Shown here: positions 21,036 through 30,602 of the stretch, in pieces | How positions within the stretch are numbered: the stretch's first letter is position 1 | Layout: every line of letters begins with the position of its first letter | NCBI GenBank assembly: GCA_902518985.1 | Contig: CABYIF010000001.1 | Span: forward strand, 8,814 to 72,813 | DNA: 64,000 bases | DNA from: an uncultured Alphaproteobacteria bacterium | GTDB lineage: Bacteria > Pseudomonadota > Alphaproteobacteria > HIMB59 > GCA-002718135 | Direction of reading: 5' to 3' | The notes under the pieces: model-generated | Databases searched by the model: none | What the model was told of the DNA's origin: nothing | Seen by the model: only the letters and a program-made list of their open reading frames with translations | Program-made: the position numbers and the translations under genes

Positions 21036-21800
21036 TTATTGTCTAATATTTATGTTTTTTTTAATCAAATATTCTTTTACCTTTTTAATACTTAATTCGT
21101 TAAAATGAAAGACAGATGCTGCTAATAGGGCGTCGGCTTTGCCTTTGCTGATCCCTTCATAAAAATGTTCCAGTTTACCAACACCCCCGCTTGCTATTAA
21201 GGGAATTGTTAAAAACTCTGCAACCCTTGATAGAAGATCAATATCAAATCCTGACTTTGTTCCATCTTTGTCCATTGAAGTTAATAGAACTTCTCCTGCG
21301 CCGTATTTTTGAATGTTTTCAATCCACTCTAGAGCAAAGAGACCAGTGTTTATTGTCCCTCCATGAGAAAATACATACCAATCATTGTTTATTTTCTTAG
21401 CATCTACCGCAACTACAATGCATTGATTGCCGAAAAATTCAGATGATTGTTTTATTATTTCAGGGTTTTTTATCGCAGCTGAGTTGATTGATACTTTGTC
21501 TGCACCTGACCTAAGTAATGATTTAATGTTTTCTATTGATGAGACTCCACCACCAACTGTTAATGGAATAAAAACTTCATTAGCAGTTTTTTCGACAATG
21601 TTAAGCAGCGTATCTCTGTTTTCCAAAGAGGCGCTTATGTCTAAAAAACATATTTCGTCTGCACCGTTTTCTGAATAATGTTTTGCCTGTTCTACAGGAT
21701 CGCCAGCATCGATTAAGTCAATAAAGTTTATTCCTTTTACAACCCTTCCATCTTTAACATCTAGACAAGGTATTATTCTAACTTTAGACATCTGAGTCAA
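21036..21800 (-). CDS. hisF: imidazole glycerol phosphate synthase cyclase subunit
   Basis: 254 aa with [23 protein letters not shown] and TVGGGV. Confidence 0.95.
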   Translation of the reverse strand: MTQMSKVRIIPCLDVKDGRVVKGINFIDLIDAGDPVEQAKHYSENGADEICFLDISASLENRDTLLNIVEKTANEVFIPLTVGGGVSSIENIKSLLRSGADKVSINSAAIKNPEIIKQSSEFFGNQCIVVAVDAKKINNDWYVFSHGGTINTGLFALEWIENIQKYGAGEVLLTSMDKDGTKSGFDIDLLSRVAEFLTIPLIASGGVGKLEHFYEGISKGKADALLAASVFHFNELSIKKVKEYLIKKNINIRQ

Positions 21801-22533
21801 GAATTTCTTGTGCTTTAATTAAGTCAATATTTCCAACATAGAATGATTTACCTGACACAACCCCATCAATATTTTTTAGATTCATTTTTTTTAAATTTCT
21901 TAAATCTGAATAATTTGTAAGCCCTCCAGCTATTATTAGTTTTTTATTTAGATTATTATTTTTTTCAATTTTTTTTGTAATTTCTTTTATAAAAATAGTG
22001 TCAAGACCTTTTAGCATTCCATCGTTTTCTATGTCAGTTATAACAAATCCTCTCACCTTTGTTTCTTCATATAGTTTGATAAAATCTTCTATGTCTAGTT
22101 TAGATTTTTCGTTCCACCCCTTAACCATGATATTGTTTTTTTTAATATCTAGAGAAATATATATTTTATTTTGGTAAGTTTCCGAGAGTTCTATGACGGT
22201 ATCAGGGTTTTTCACAGACATTGAGCCAATGATCAAATAATTAATACCCAAACTAAAGTATTGTTCAACCACAGATTTAGTTCTTATTCCACCTCCTAAC
22301 TGAATAGGGATTGATACTGATTTTCTAATTTTATTAATAGACGGAATGTTTATATTTGGTCTTCCAAAAGCGGCGTCTAAATCAACTATGTGAATTTTTT
22401 TACAGCCTATATTTTCAAAGTAAGCTGCTTGTTTTTCCGGCTCTTTATTAAATACTATACTAGTTTCATCCTTTCCTTCAGAAAGCCTCACACATTTATT
22501 ATCCTTAAGGTCAATCGCAGGTATAATTTCCAC
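21784..22533 (-). CDS. hisA: ProFAR isomerase
   Basis: 249 aa with [15 protein letters not shown] and GGGIR, in his operon context. Confidence 0.9.
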   Translation of the reverse strand: MEIIPAIDLKDNKCVRLSEGKDETSIVFNKEPEKQAAYFENIGCKKIHIVDLDAAFGRPNINIPSINKIRKSVSIPIQLGGGIRTKSVVEQYFSLGINYLIIGSMSVKNPDTVIELSETYQNKIYISLDIKKNNIMVKGWNEKSKLDIEDFIKLYEETKVRGFVITDIENDGMLKGLDTIFIKEITKKIEKNNNLNKKLIIAGGLTNYSDLRNLKKMNLKNIDGVVSGKSFYVGNIDLIKAQEILDSDV

Positions 22534-23069
22534 TATAAATTTTTAAAAAAATAAATACCTTTAATAAAGCTACCATTAATAAAAGCATAATAAGGATTTT
22601 CTCCCCAAATTTTATAACCCTTGTTAGAAAACAATGTTACTGCAGCCTCTTGAGTTTCTCTTACAGCAAGTTGTATTGATTTAATATTGTCTTCTTTTGC
22701 TTTTTCCTCCGCAAAATCAATCATGGATTTTGCTAATCCATATCCACGGGCCCATGGCGCAACAAAATGTCTTTTAATTTGTGCAATATTTTTTCTAGAC
22801 TCAATATTTGCTGCTTCATAAGACAATTGAAGTGTTCCAGCAATAACCCCATTTAACCTGCCAACAACTAAATTACATAATTTATCATCAGTTGTTTTAT
22901 TCCAATAGGTGTTTAAAACCTCCCTTGTAGGTACTCTCAACCACCCAAAACCTCCCCCTGCACTTATAGCTTGCTCAGTAATGTTACATAGGTCCGCAAG
23001 GTCTACTTCTGAAAGCTTTTTTATTGTGTCGACAGATATATTTATTTTTTCTTTTAATTGTGTATTCAT
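22533..23069 (-). CDS. GNAT-family N-acetyltransferase inserted between hisH and hisA
   Basis: 178 aa. Acetyl-CoA-binding-like segment HFVAPWARGYGLAKSMIDFAE with GNAT-sized architecture. Confidence 0.75.
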   Translation of the reverse strand: MNTQLKEKINISVDTIKKLSEVDLADLCNITEQAISAGGGFGWLRVPTREVLNTYWNKTTDDKLCNLVVGRLNGVIAGTLQLSYEAANIESRKNIAQIKRHFVAPWARGYGLAKSMIDFAEEKAKEDNIKSIQLAVRETQEAAVTLFSNKGYKIWGENPYYAFINGSFIKGIYFFKNL

Positions 23070-23071
23070 GT

Positions 23072-23695
23072 TTATAAGTTCATAAAATTTTTAATTAAGT
23101 TTAATCCTTGGGAGGAACTTTTTTCAGGATGAAACTGAACGCCATATATATTTTCTTTCCCTATAATTGAAGTAAAATTCATTCCGTACTGGGTTTCTGC
23201 CAATATATTTTCTTTATTTTTACAATCAAAATAATATGAATGAACAAAATAATAGTCATTGGAATTTTTTAAAAGATTGTTTTCCTTTGCGGGGTGCACT
23301 GAATTCCAACCCATGTGTGGCATTTTTAAATTATTAGCTGGAAGCCGTTTAATGTTTCCTGGAATCCAACCTAGTCCTTTATGAATACCATTTTCTTCAC
23401 TTTGAGAGGCAAGCATTTGCATGCCTACACAAATACCTAAAAATGGTTTTTTATCAATTATAGCAAAATTGTTTAGCTCTTCAATTAAGCCAGGTTTGTT
23501 TCTTACGCCGTTCATGCAAGTTTCAAAAGCGCCTTGTCCTGGTAAAACTAAGTGTGAAGATTTTTTTATATCGTCTAAGTTGTTAGAAATTAGAACTATA
23601 CTATTAATATTGTTGTCTTTGGCAATTTTAATAAAAGATTTTTGTGCTGATAAAACATTGCCCGATCCATAATCAACTATGGTAATCTGTTTCAT
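23072..23695 (-). CDS. hisH: imidazole glycerol phosphate synthase glutaminase subunit
   Basis: 207 aa class I amidotransferase with LGICVGMQML (Cys nucleophile) and VQFHPEKS. Confidence 0.94.
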   Translation of the reverse strand: MKQITIVDYGSGNVLSAQKSFIKIAKDNNINSIVLISNNLDDIKKSSHLVLPGQGAFETCMNGVRNKPGLIEELNNFAIIDKKPFLGICVGMQMLASQSEENGIHKGLGWIPGNIKRLPANNLKMPHMGWNSVHPAKENNLLKNSNDYYFVHSYYFDCKNKENILAETQYGMNFTSIIGKENIYGVQFHPEKSSSQGLNLIKNFMNL

Positions 23696-23700
23696 TTAAA

Positions 23701-24288
23701 TTATAGAGTGCCCTTGGATGAAGGTATTTTGTTTTTTCTTCTTTTGTCCCTTTCAACAGCCATCCGATAACTTCTGCCAAATGCTTTAAAACAAGACTCA
23801 ATGATGTGATGATTATTTTTTCCATATAGATTTTCCATATGTAAATTGCATTTTGCTTCATTTGTAAATGATTTAAAAAACTCAACAAATAGTTCTGTAT
23901 CCATCTCACCAATCTTTTTTAAACCTAAATTAACATTCCATACTAATTCTGGTCTGCCACTAAAATCAATAACACATCGAGATAAGCAATCGTCCATTGG
24001 CACATAGAAAAAACCATATCTATTAATTCCTTTTTTATCTCCAAGTGATTTAATTGTTGCCATTGCAATTGCGTATGCAGTATCTTCAACACTATGATGT
24101 AAGTCTACATTTGTGTCACCTTTGGTTGTAAGTTTCATATCTACTAAACTGTGGTGAACAAACAACTCTAACATATGATCAAAAAAACCAATCCCAGTTG
24201 AAATATTGGACTTTCCTGTACCATCTAGGTTAATTGAGCAGGATATTTTAGTCTCTTTAGTATTTCTTTTTATAATTCCTTTTCTCAT
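23701..24288 (-). CDS. hisB: imidazoleglycerol-phosphate dehydratase
   Basis: 195 aa with the duplicated metal motifs GFFDHMLE and DLHHSVEDTAYA. Confidence 0.94.
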   Translation of the reverse strand: MRKGIIKRNTKETKISCSINLDGTGKSNISTGIGFFDHMLELFVHHSLVDMKLTTKGDTNVDLHHSVEDTAYAIAMATIKSLGDKKGINRYGFFYVPMDDCLSRCVIDFSGRPELVWNVNLGLKKIGEMDTELFVEFFKSFTNEAKCNLHMENLYGKNNHHIIESCFKAFGRSYRMAVERDKRRKNKIPSSKGTL

Positions 24289-24380
24289 TTTTGCCTATTA
24301 TCAGCGAATTTGAATTAATTCTAGGTAAATCACTTGATAAAAATAATTAAATAGCCATTTTAATAGTCAGGCAAATAATT

Positions 24381-24928
24381 ATGAAAAAAACAAAATTAAA
24401 TCAACCACTATAATTGGTGTTAGAAAAGACAATCTTGTTGTTATAGCGGGTGATGGACAGGCTAGTTTTGGAAATACAGTAATGAAATCAAATGTAAAAA
24501 AAATAAGAAGGTTGGGAGTCGAAGAGACTGTTATATCTGGTTTTGCGGGATCGACAGCTGATGCCTTTGCTTTATTTGAAAGGTTAGAAGGAAAACTTGA
24601 TCAATATAAAAATCAACTAAAAAGAGCGTGTGTAGAACTTGCTAAAGATTGGAGAACTGACCGATATTTAAGAAGATTAGAAGCAATGATGATTGTTGCT
24701 GATAAGGACGTAAGTTTATTATTATCTGGTACCGGTGATGTTATAGAATCTGATGATGGAATTTTAGCAATTGGCTCTGGTGGTCCTTATGCTAACAGTG
24801 CTGCAAAGGCTTTAATGAAAAATACAAAAATGGATGCGAAACAAATAGCGTTAGAGTCGCTAAATATTGCAGCGGATATATGTATTTACACTAACCACAA
24901 TATAATCTCAGAAAGCATAGAGTTATAA
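24381..24928 (+). CDS. hslV: ATP-dependent protease subunit HslV; the only ATG upstream of the catalytic Thr is out of frame across an A7 tract
   Basis: The track ORF (24482-24928) starts at an internal Met. The same frame is open from 24347 and encodes ...[41 protein letters not shown], which is the HslV N-terminus including the nucleophile Thr at 24404. That frame has no ATG/GTG/TTG. The ATG at 24381 joins it only through a -1 shift, or one extra A, in the aaaaaaa run at 24384-24390. Confidence 0.8.
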
Positions 24929-26242
24929 GTGGAGTCGAGTTTTAGCCCAAGAGAGATTGTATCTGAATTAGACAAATTCATTATTGGACAAAACAAGGCT
25001 AAACGAGCTGTTGCTGTTGCTTTAAGAAATAGGTGGAGAAGAAAACAACTTGATGAAAGTTTAAAAGAAGAAATTGTTCCTAAAAATATTCTAATGGTTG
25101 GCCCAACAGGTTGTGGTAAAACTGAAATTTCGAGAAGGTTAGCAAAACTAGCAAATGCACCATTTATAAAGGTAGAGGCCACAAAATTTACTGAAGTTGG
25201 TTATGTGGGTAGGGATGTAGAGCAAATTATTCGCGATCTAGTTGAAATAAGCATTACAAAAACAAAAACTCAGATGGGAAAAGAAGTAAAGGCAATGGCT
25301 GAAAAAAATGCAGAGGAAAGAATTTTAGATGTGCTTGTTTCAAAGAGTTCAGCTCCCGCAACAAGAGATAATTTTAGAACTAAATTACGAACCGGTGAAC
25401 TCAATGATAAAGAAGTTGAAATACCAGTTTCATCAAACTCAGGTATTAGTTTACCCACAATGGACATACCTGGGATGCCTGGCTCTCAAATGGGTATGAT
25501 TAATTTGGGAGATGTTTTTGGAAAGGGCTTTGGCGGCCAAAAAAAAATGAAAAAAATGTCTGTCAAAGATAGTCACGCCTATTTATTAAATGAAGAAACT
25601 GAAAAATTACTTGATCAAGATAAAATTAACACAAGAGCCTTAGAAGATGTTGAGCAAAATGGAATTGTTTTCATAGATGAAATTGATAAGATCACCTCAA
25701 GAAGTGACCGTACTGGTGCAGATGTATCAAGAGAAGGTGTTCAAAGAGACCTACTGCCTCTGATAGAGGGAACAGCGGTAAATACAAAGCATGGTGTTGT
25801 AAAAACGGATTACATTTTATTTATTGCCTCTGGAGCTTTCCATTTATCCAAGCCAGCTGATATGCTGCCTGAATTACAGGGTAGGCTCCCAATCAGAGTT
25901 GAGCTTGACAGCCTCAGCAAAAAAGATTTTAGGCTTATTCTTACAGAAACTCAAAACAGCTTGATAAAGCAGTATATAGGATTACTTGGAACTGAAAAGG
26001 TTGATTTAGAGTTTGAGGACTCTGGCATCGAAACCATAGCTACGCTTTCAACAGAAATTAATCAGAATGTTGAAAATATTGGAGCAAGAAGACTTCACAC
26101 TGTCATGGAAAAACTTCTTGAAGAGATAAGTTTCACAGCTTCAGATATAGGTCCAACAAAAGTTATAATTAATAAGGAATATGTAGAAAATAGCTTAGGA
26201 GAGTTAATTAAAAGTCAGGACTTATCAAAATTTATACTATAA
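24929..26242 (+). CDS. hslU: ATP-dependent protease ATPase subunit HslU
   Basis: 437 aa with a GTG start. Motifs [19 protein letters not shown], Walker [16 protein letters not shown] and Walker [10 protein letters not shown]. Confidence 0.96.
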   Translation: MESSFSPREIVSELDKFIIGQNKAKRAVAVALRNRWRRKQLDESLKEEIVPKNILMVGPTGCGKTEISRRLAKLANAPFIKVEATKFTEVGYVGRDVEQIIRDLVEISITKTKTQMGKEVKAMAEKNAEERILDVLVSKSSAPATRDNFRTKLRTGELNDKEVEIPVSSNSGISLPTMDIPGMPGSQMGMINLGDVFGKGFGGQKKMKKMSVKDSHAYLLNEETEKLLDQDKINTRALEDVEQNGIVFIDEIDKITSRSDRTGADVSREGVQRDLLPLIEGTAVNTKHGVVKTDYILFIASGAFHLSKPADMLPELQGRLPIRVELDSLSKKDFRLILTETQNSLIKQYIGLLGTEKVDLEFEDSGIETIATLSTEINQNVENIGARRLHTVMEKLLEEISFTASDIGPTKVIINKEYVENSLGELIKSQDLSKFIL

Positions 26243-26269
26243 AACTCATTTATTTCATAATTAGTAAAA

Positions 26270-27601
26270 ATGAGTGTTTTTAATATCACAAAAATCGAAT
26301 TATTTGTTGTACTCATAATAACATTAAGCATCTTTGTTGCTTTTAACTTTGATATATATGTTTATAATTTCTTTCTTTCATATAATGAAAATGATAGTGG
26401 GATTTATCTTAAAGAGTTTTTTGTAAATATAACTGAACTAGGAAGCTCTTTTTGGTATTTCGGAACTTCATTAATCTCACTAGCAGTTTTGTTTTTTATA
26501 AAAAAAACTCAATTTTTTAAAATTAATGAAATAGATAAAAAGTTAAATTTTTTTTTATCAGTTGTATTTTATTTACTAGCAGTAGGTATTATAACTCAAC
26601 TAATCAAACATTTTGTAGGAAGGGCAAGGCCAAATTATACAGATTTTGAAGTTGGCTTTAATTTTAATTATTTTACACTGGACTCAAGCTTTCATTCTTT
26701 TCCATCAGGACATTCATCTACTATTTTTATGGTTTGTTTTATATTAATAGCAATTTTACCAAAACTAAAATATTTTTTTTACGCATTGGCCGCAATCATT
26801 GCTCTTAGTAGAGTTGTTGTTAGTGCACATTTTCTTTCGGATGTTATTGCGGGCGCTTTGCTTGCCTTATTAGTATATAAATTTTTAAATAATTTTTTTG
26901 GAAAAAAAAATAAAAATTATTTATTTAATGAAATTATTTTTATTAATAGCAGCAATCTTTACTATTCATTAATATTTTTACTGGGAATTTGTTTATTTTT
27001 GAGTGTGGGGCCTTCGTTAGATTTGTTTATTGCTAAATTATTCTATCATGGAAATGCTCAATTTTCACTTCAAAGTTTTGATTTTCTTTCATTGTTTTTT
27101 AGAGAAATATTGATTCCACTAATTTTAATATACCTTTTGATTTTACCCATAATTGGAAAGTACATCAAATTAGATAAAATATATTTCGGACATATTTTTT
27201 CAAATAAAGAAATTTTGTTAATTTGGATAACACAGATTTTGTCGCTATTAATTTTTGTTAATCTATTTTTAAAAAACTTTTGGGGTAGAGCAAGACCGGG
27301 GGATGTAAAACAGCTTGATGGGGATGGGCTGTTTACACCTTGGTATCAGTTAAGCAGCTCATGTGAAACGAATTGTTCGTTTGTATCAGGAGACGCCTCT
27401 GTGGGATTTGCTGTTGTTATTTTATATTTTATAACAAAGAATAATTTTTTTCTTTATTCCGCTCTACTACTTGGCTTTTTATTAGGATTTATAAGAATTT
27501 TAGCAGGAGGACATTTTCTCAGTGATATTGTTTTTTCTGGTTTTTTTATAATTCTATTAAGCATGCTTATACATAAGGTTTATAAAAGATATTATGAGTA
27601 A
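26270..27601 (+). CDS. membrane protein with two tandem PAP2 (acid phosphatase / lipid phosphatase) domains; LpxE/LpxF-like candidate
   Basis: Domain 1 is complete: KHFVGRARP, SFPSGHSS, SRVVVSAHFLSD. Domain 2 has KNFWGRARP and RILAGGHFLSD, but its C2 motif reads SFVSGDAS, with Asp in place of the His of PSGH. Confidence 0.75.
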   Translation: MSVFNITKIELFVVLIITLSIFVAFNFDIYVYNFFLSYNENDSGIYLKEFFVNITELGSSFWYFGTSLISLAVLFFIKKTQFFKINEIDKKLNFFLSVVFYLLAVGIITQLIKHFVGRARPNYTDFEVGFNFNYFTLDSSFHSFPSGHSSTIFMVCFILIAILPKLKYFFYALAAIIALSRVVVSAHFLSDVIAGALLALLVYKFLNNFFGKKNKNYLFNEIIFINSSNLYYSLIFLLGICLFLSVGPSLDLFIAKLFYHGNAQFSLQSFDFLSLFFREILIPLILIYLLILPIIGKYIKLDKIYFGHIFSNKEILLIWITQILSLLIFVNLFLKNFWGRARPGDVKQLDGDGLFTPWYQLSSSCETNCSFVSGDASVGFAVVILYFITKNNFFLYSALLLGFLLGFIRILAGGHFLSDIVFSGFFIILLSMLIHKVYKRYYE

Positions 27602-28985
27602 ATCAATTTTGTTTGCGCTGACAACTATGTTGCTTTTATTAAAATTAGTGGCAATAAATATCACTGGTTTTGATTTGTTTGGTGACGAAGCCCAATATTG
27701 GTTGTGGTCTAAAGATTTAAATTTTGGATATTTTTCAAAACCTCCATTTTTAGCATGGATGATTTCTTTTTACACGGGTGTTTTTGGTGACTCTTTTTTT
27801 GCATTGAAAACAATGCCTATAATCGTTTATTTTCTAATAGCATGGTCTGTCTATGTTTTGTGTAATAATATGGGATTGGATAAAAGCAATTCTATTTCTT
27901 GCTCACTAATATTCTTAATTTTACCAGCTGTTTCAGTATCAACTTTTATTATTAGCACTGATATATTTTTGTTACTTTTTTGGTGTTTATCTCTAAACGA
28001 ATTAGTAAAAATAAAAATTAAACCAAATATAAAAAGTTTTGTTTTACTTGGGGTATTTCTTGGTCTGGCCTTTTTATCTAAATATGCGGCTATTTATTTT
28101 ATAATATGCTTATTGCTTTATGTTTTGTTAGATAAAAAATTTAGAGAGGTATTTATAAAAAACTATTTTGGTTTTCTCTTAAGTGCGTTTTGTATAATTA
28201 CTATTTTACTTCCAAATATATTTTGGAACATAAACAATGGTTGGATAACTGTTGTTCATACTTCTGATAACGCAAATTTAAATAACATAGACATAAATCT
28301 ATTACGAGGTTTGCTTTTTTTGTTTACTCAAATACTTATGTTGGGCCCTATAATTTTTTTTGCCTATATTGTTGATTATAAAAAATGGAGTATTAGTGAG
28401 TACCAAAAATTACTTTTGATATTCTCACTACCAATATTTATAATTGTTTTTTTTGAGGCGATTGTTGTGAGAGCAAATGCTAATTGGGCCGCACCAGCCT
28501 TAATTTCTTTTTTTATATTTTTGTATATTGGTGTAAATAATAATTTTTTAAGAAAATTAAATTTAGGTTTTAATTTCTTTTTTTGTATAATTTTTTTTGT
28601 ATTAATAGGCACAAACTTTTCTTCTGGTTTCTTTAATAGAATAAGTGGATTAAGTGAATTTGCCGAAAAAATATATTTTGAAAGATCGCAAAAAAATTTA
28701 GTTAATTTTGTTGTATCTGACCGACTTTTATTTGCTTCTATGAGTTATCAGCTTAGAAACAGGGGTTTGTACTTTCATATGCCTCACGAAAGCGGTTCTA
28801 AAATAACAAATCATTTTAAAATTACATCTCCACTTAAAAAAAATATGAGTGAAAATTTTGTTTTTATAGGTACTCCTAACGAAATAAAATATTTAGAAAA
28901 TAATTATATTATAAATAAAAAAAATACCCCAAAGTATAACTTTACAAAAAAAAATATTAATATTTATGAAGTTGTTTTTAATTAA
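27594..28985 (+). CDS. ArnT/PMT-like (GT39/GT83-type) polytopic glycosyltransferase
   Basis: 463 aa with more than 10 TM helices. The N-terminal loop motif FGDEAQYWLWS...GYFSKPP is typical of ArnT-like lipid-linked-sugar transferases. It overlaps the PAP2 gene by 8 nt. Confidence 0.7.
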   Translation: MSKSILFALTTMLLLLKLVAINITGFDLFGDEAQYWLWSKDLNFGYFSKPPFLAWMISFYTGVFGDSFFALKTMPIIVYFLIAWSVYVLCNNMGLDKSNSISCSLIFLILPAVSVSTFIISTDIFLLLFWCLSLNELVKIKIKPNIKSFVLLGVFLGLAFLSKYAAIYFIICLLLYVLLDKKFREVFIKNYFGFLLSAFCIITILLPNIFWNINNGWITVVHTSDNANLNNIDINLLRGLLFLFTQILMLGPIIFFAYIVDYKKWSISEYQKLLLIFSLPIFIIVFFEAIVVRANANWAAPALISFFIFLYIGVNNNFLRKLNLGFNFFFCIIFFVLIGTNFSSGFFNRISGLSEFAEKIYFERSQKNLVNFVVSDRLLFASMSYQLRNRGLYFHMPHESGSKITNHFKITSPLKKNMSENFVFIGTPNEIKYLENNYIINKKNTPKYNFTKKNINIYEVVFN

Positions 28986-29637
28986 AATATTTATTCTTGT
29001 AATATTTTTAATGGCTAAAGTGGTTTACGCTAATAAAATTGATGTTGATTACAGTGTTAGTGTTGGAGGAATTAAAATTGGTGAGTTTGCATGGTATTTG
29101 AATATTAATAAGGATGAATATTATTCAGAAATTAACCTTAAAAACTCAGGTATTTTATCATCATTATACAAGTTTAGTGGCAAATATACTTGTAGTGGGT
29201 TGATTAAAGATAATAAGTTTTTGAGCAAAGATTACAAACAATATTGGAAAACAAATAAAAAGGTAAAAGTTATTGAAATGACTTTTGGAAATTATTTAAA
29301 AAATCTTATTCAAGAGCCAGAGGAAATAGAAAAACCTCGAATTAATCTATATAAGCTATATCAACATTCTGATCCTATTTCTTCTTTTATAAATATTTTA
29401 AATGGAAATGATAATTCTAAAACTATTGATGGTCGAAGGGTTTATGATATGGAAAAAATTAATGGGGCTGATCCAAAAATTGTAACTGTAGAAATCAATA
29501 ATTATAAAAATATATGGGCAGATCACAAAAGAAATGATCTGGAAAAAATTCAGCTTTATTTAGATAAAAAAAATTTTTTACCGGATGTTATAAAAATACA
29601 TTTTAAAAAAAGAGTTTTTAAATTAAAAAAAATTTAG
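28966..29637 (+). CDS. secreted DUF3108-like protein
   Basis: 223 aa with a signal peptide (..FLMAKVVYA). The beta-rich Y/K/G pattern resembles DUF3108 as I recall it. It overlaps the glycosyltransferase gene by 20 nt, so the two appear coupled. Confidence 0.35.
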   Translation: MKLFLIKIFILVIFLMAKVVYANKIDVDYSVSVGGIKIGEFAWYLNINKDEYYSEINLKNSGILSSLYKFSGKYTCSGLIKDNKFLSKDYKQYWKTNKKVKVIEMTFGNYLKNLIQEPEEIEKPRINLYKLYQHSDPISSFINILNGNDNSKTIDGRRVYDMEKINGADPKIVTVEINNYKNIWADHKRNDLEKIQLYLDKKNFLPDVIKIHFKKRVFKLKKI

Positions 29638-30170
29638 TTTTTCTTTTTTCTCAAATAAACAAAAATTGCTCCTTCACCACCATGGTCTGTTCCGGCAGAC
29701 TGATAAGTTAAAATATAATTTTTTAAGGTCTCTTCATTAATCCATGATATTATTGAGTTTTTGATTTTACCATAAAATAGTTTTGGCTCTTCATCTTTGC
29801 TGTTAAATTTGCTTGGGCGGACCCCTTTTCCAGTAACAACTAAAATGCACCTTTTATTATTGTTATATGTTTTTATAACCTCATTTTTAAACCTTTCATA
29901 TGCTTCTAATAAAGTATAGCCGTGCAGATCGAGCCTTCTGTCTATTTGTACTCTACCCTTTTTAAGATCTTTATTTATTTCGCCAAAGGATATGTCTAAA
30001 TTTTTTTTTGTATGCGGTGTTTTTTCAATAATTTCTCTAATTTGATCTTTGTCTTCTGTTTTGTTTTGTAATTTTGTTTTTTTAATTACAATTTTTTTTA
30101 TTTGTTTGTTTTTCTTTTTTTTGAAAGGCTTCACTCCTTTCATGTTTTTTAAGAATAAGTCGTCGTCCAT
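29634..30170 (-). CDS. Smr-domain protein
   Basis: 178 aa. Basic N-terminal tail and a C-terminal Smr domain with LDLHGYTLLEA and ILVVTGKG. Confidence 0.75.
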   Translation of the reverse strand: MDDDLFLKNMKGVKPFKKKKNKQIKKIVIKKTKLQNKTEDKDQIREIIEKTPHTKKNLDISFGEINKDLKKGRVQIDRRLDLHGYTLLEAYERFKNEVIKTYNNNKRCILVVTGKGVRPSKFNSKDEEPKLFYGKIKNSIISWINEETLKNYILTYQSAGTDHGGEGAIFVYLRKKKN

Positions 30171-30599
30171 TTATTCCCCTATATAATTTAATATAATATC
30201 CTCAACTCTTTTGGGTGTTTGTTTATACCACAAACTATCAATCATCTCTAAGCAAGTCATATATTTCTGTTTTTGATTTAAATAAAATAACATTTTTTTA
30301 AATTTTGAAACACCTCTTGGTCCCAATTGAAAAATCATCTCAATTAATAATTCTTTTTCATGTTGATTATGATTCTTATTATAAAATATTTGATAATACT
30401 CATTCAGGGCTTTTTTAAAATCAGACTCAAATAGATTACTGAAATGTTCTTTTTTATAAAAATTAAAGAAATATTTTTTTTCATTAAACCTAATAAGATG
30501 CCCGTATCCAATTGTATAAAATCCTAGTTGATCTTTGTATGGTTTAGCCGAATAACCTTCGTTTTTTTTTATTCTTATTTTTAGGTTTGTAAAAGACAA
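30171..30599 (-). CDS. GH24 (T4-type) lysozyme-like protein
   Basis: NEGYSAKPYKDQLGFYTIGYGHLI is colinear with the T4 lysozyme catalytic segment [23 protein letters not shown], conserving the Glu, Asp and Thr positions. 142 aa with no signal peptide. Confidence 0.65.
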   Translation of the reverse strand: MSFTNLKIRIKKNEGYSAKPYKDQLGFYTIGYGHLIRFNEKKYFFNFYKKEHFSNLFESDFKKALNEYYQIFYNKNHNQHEKELLIEMIFQLGPRGVSKFKKMLFYLNQKQKYMTCLEMIDSLWYKQTPKRVEDIILNYIGE

Positions 30600-30602
30600 A
30601 AA

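Noticed and set aside
23673-23912. A 79-aa ORF overlapping the hisB 3' end and the hisH start.
   Set aside because: It lies in another frame of the same strand, mostly inside the well-supported hisB and running into the hisH start. It has no motifs.
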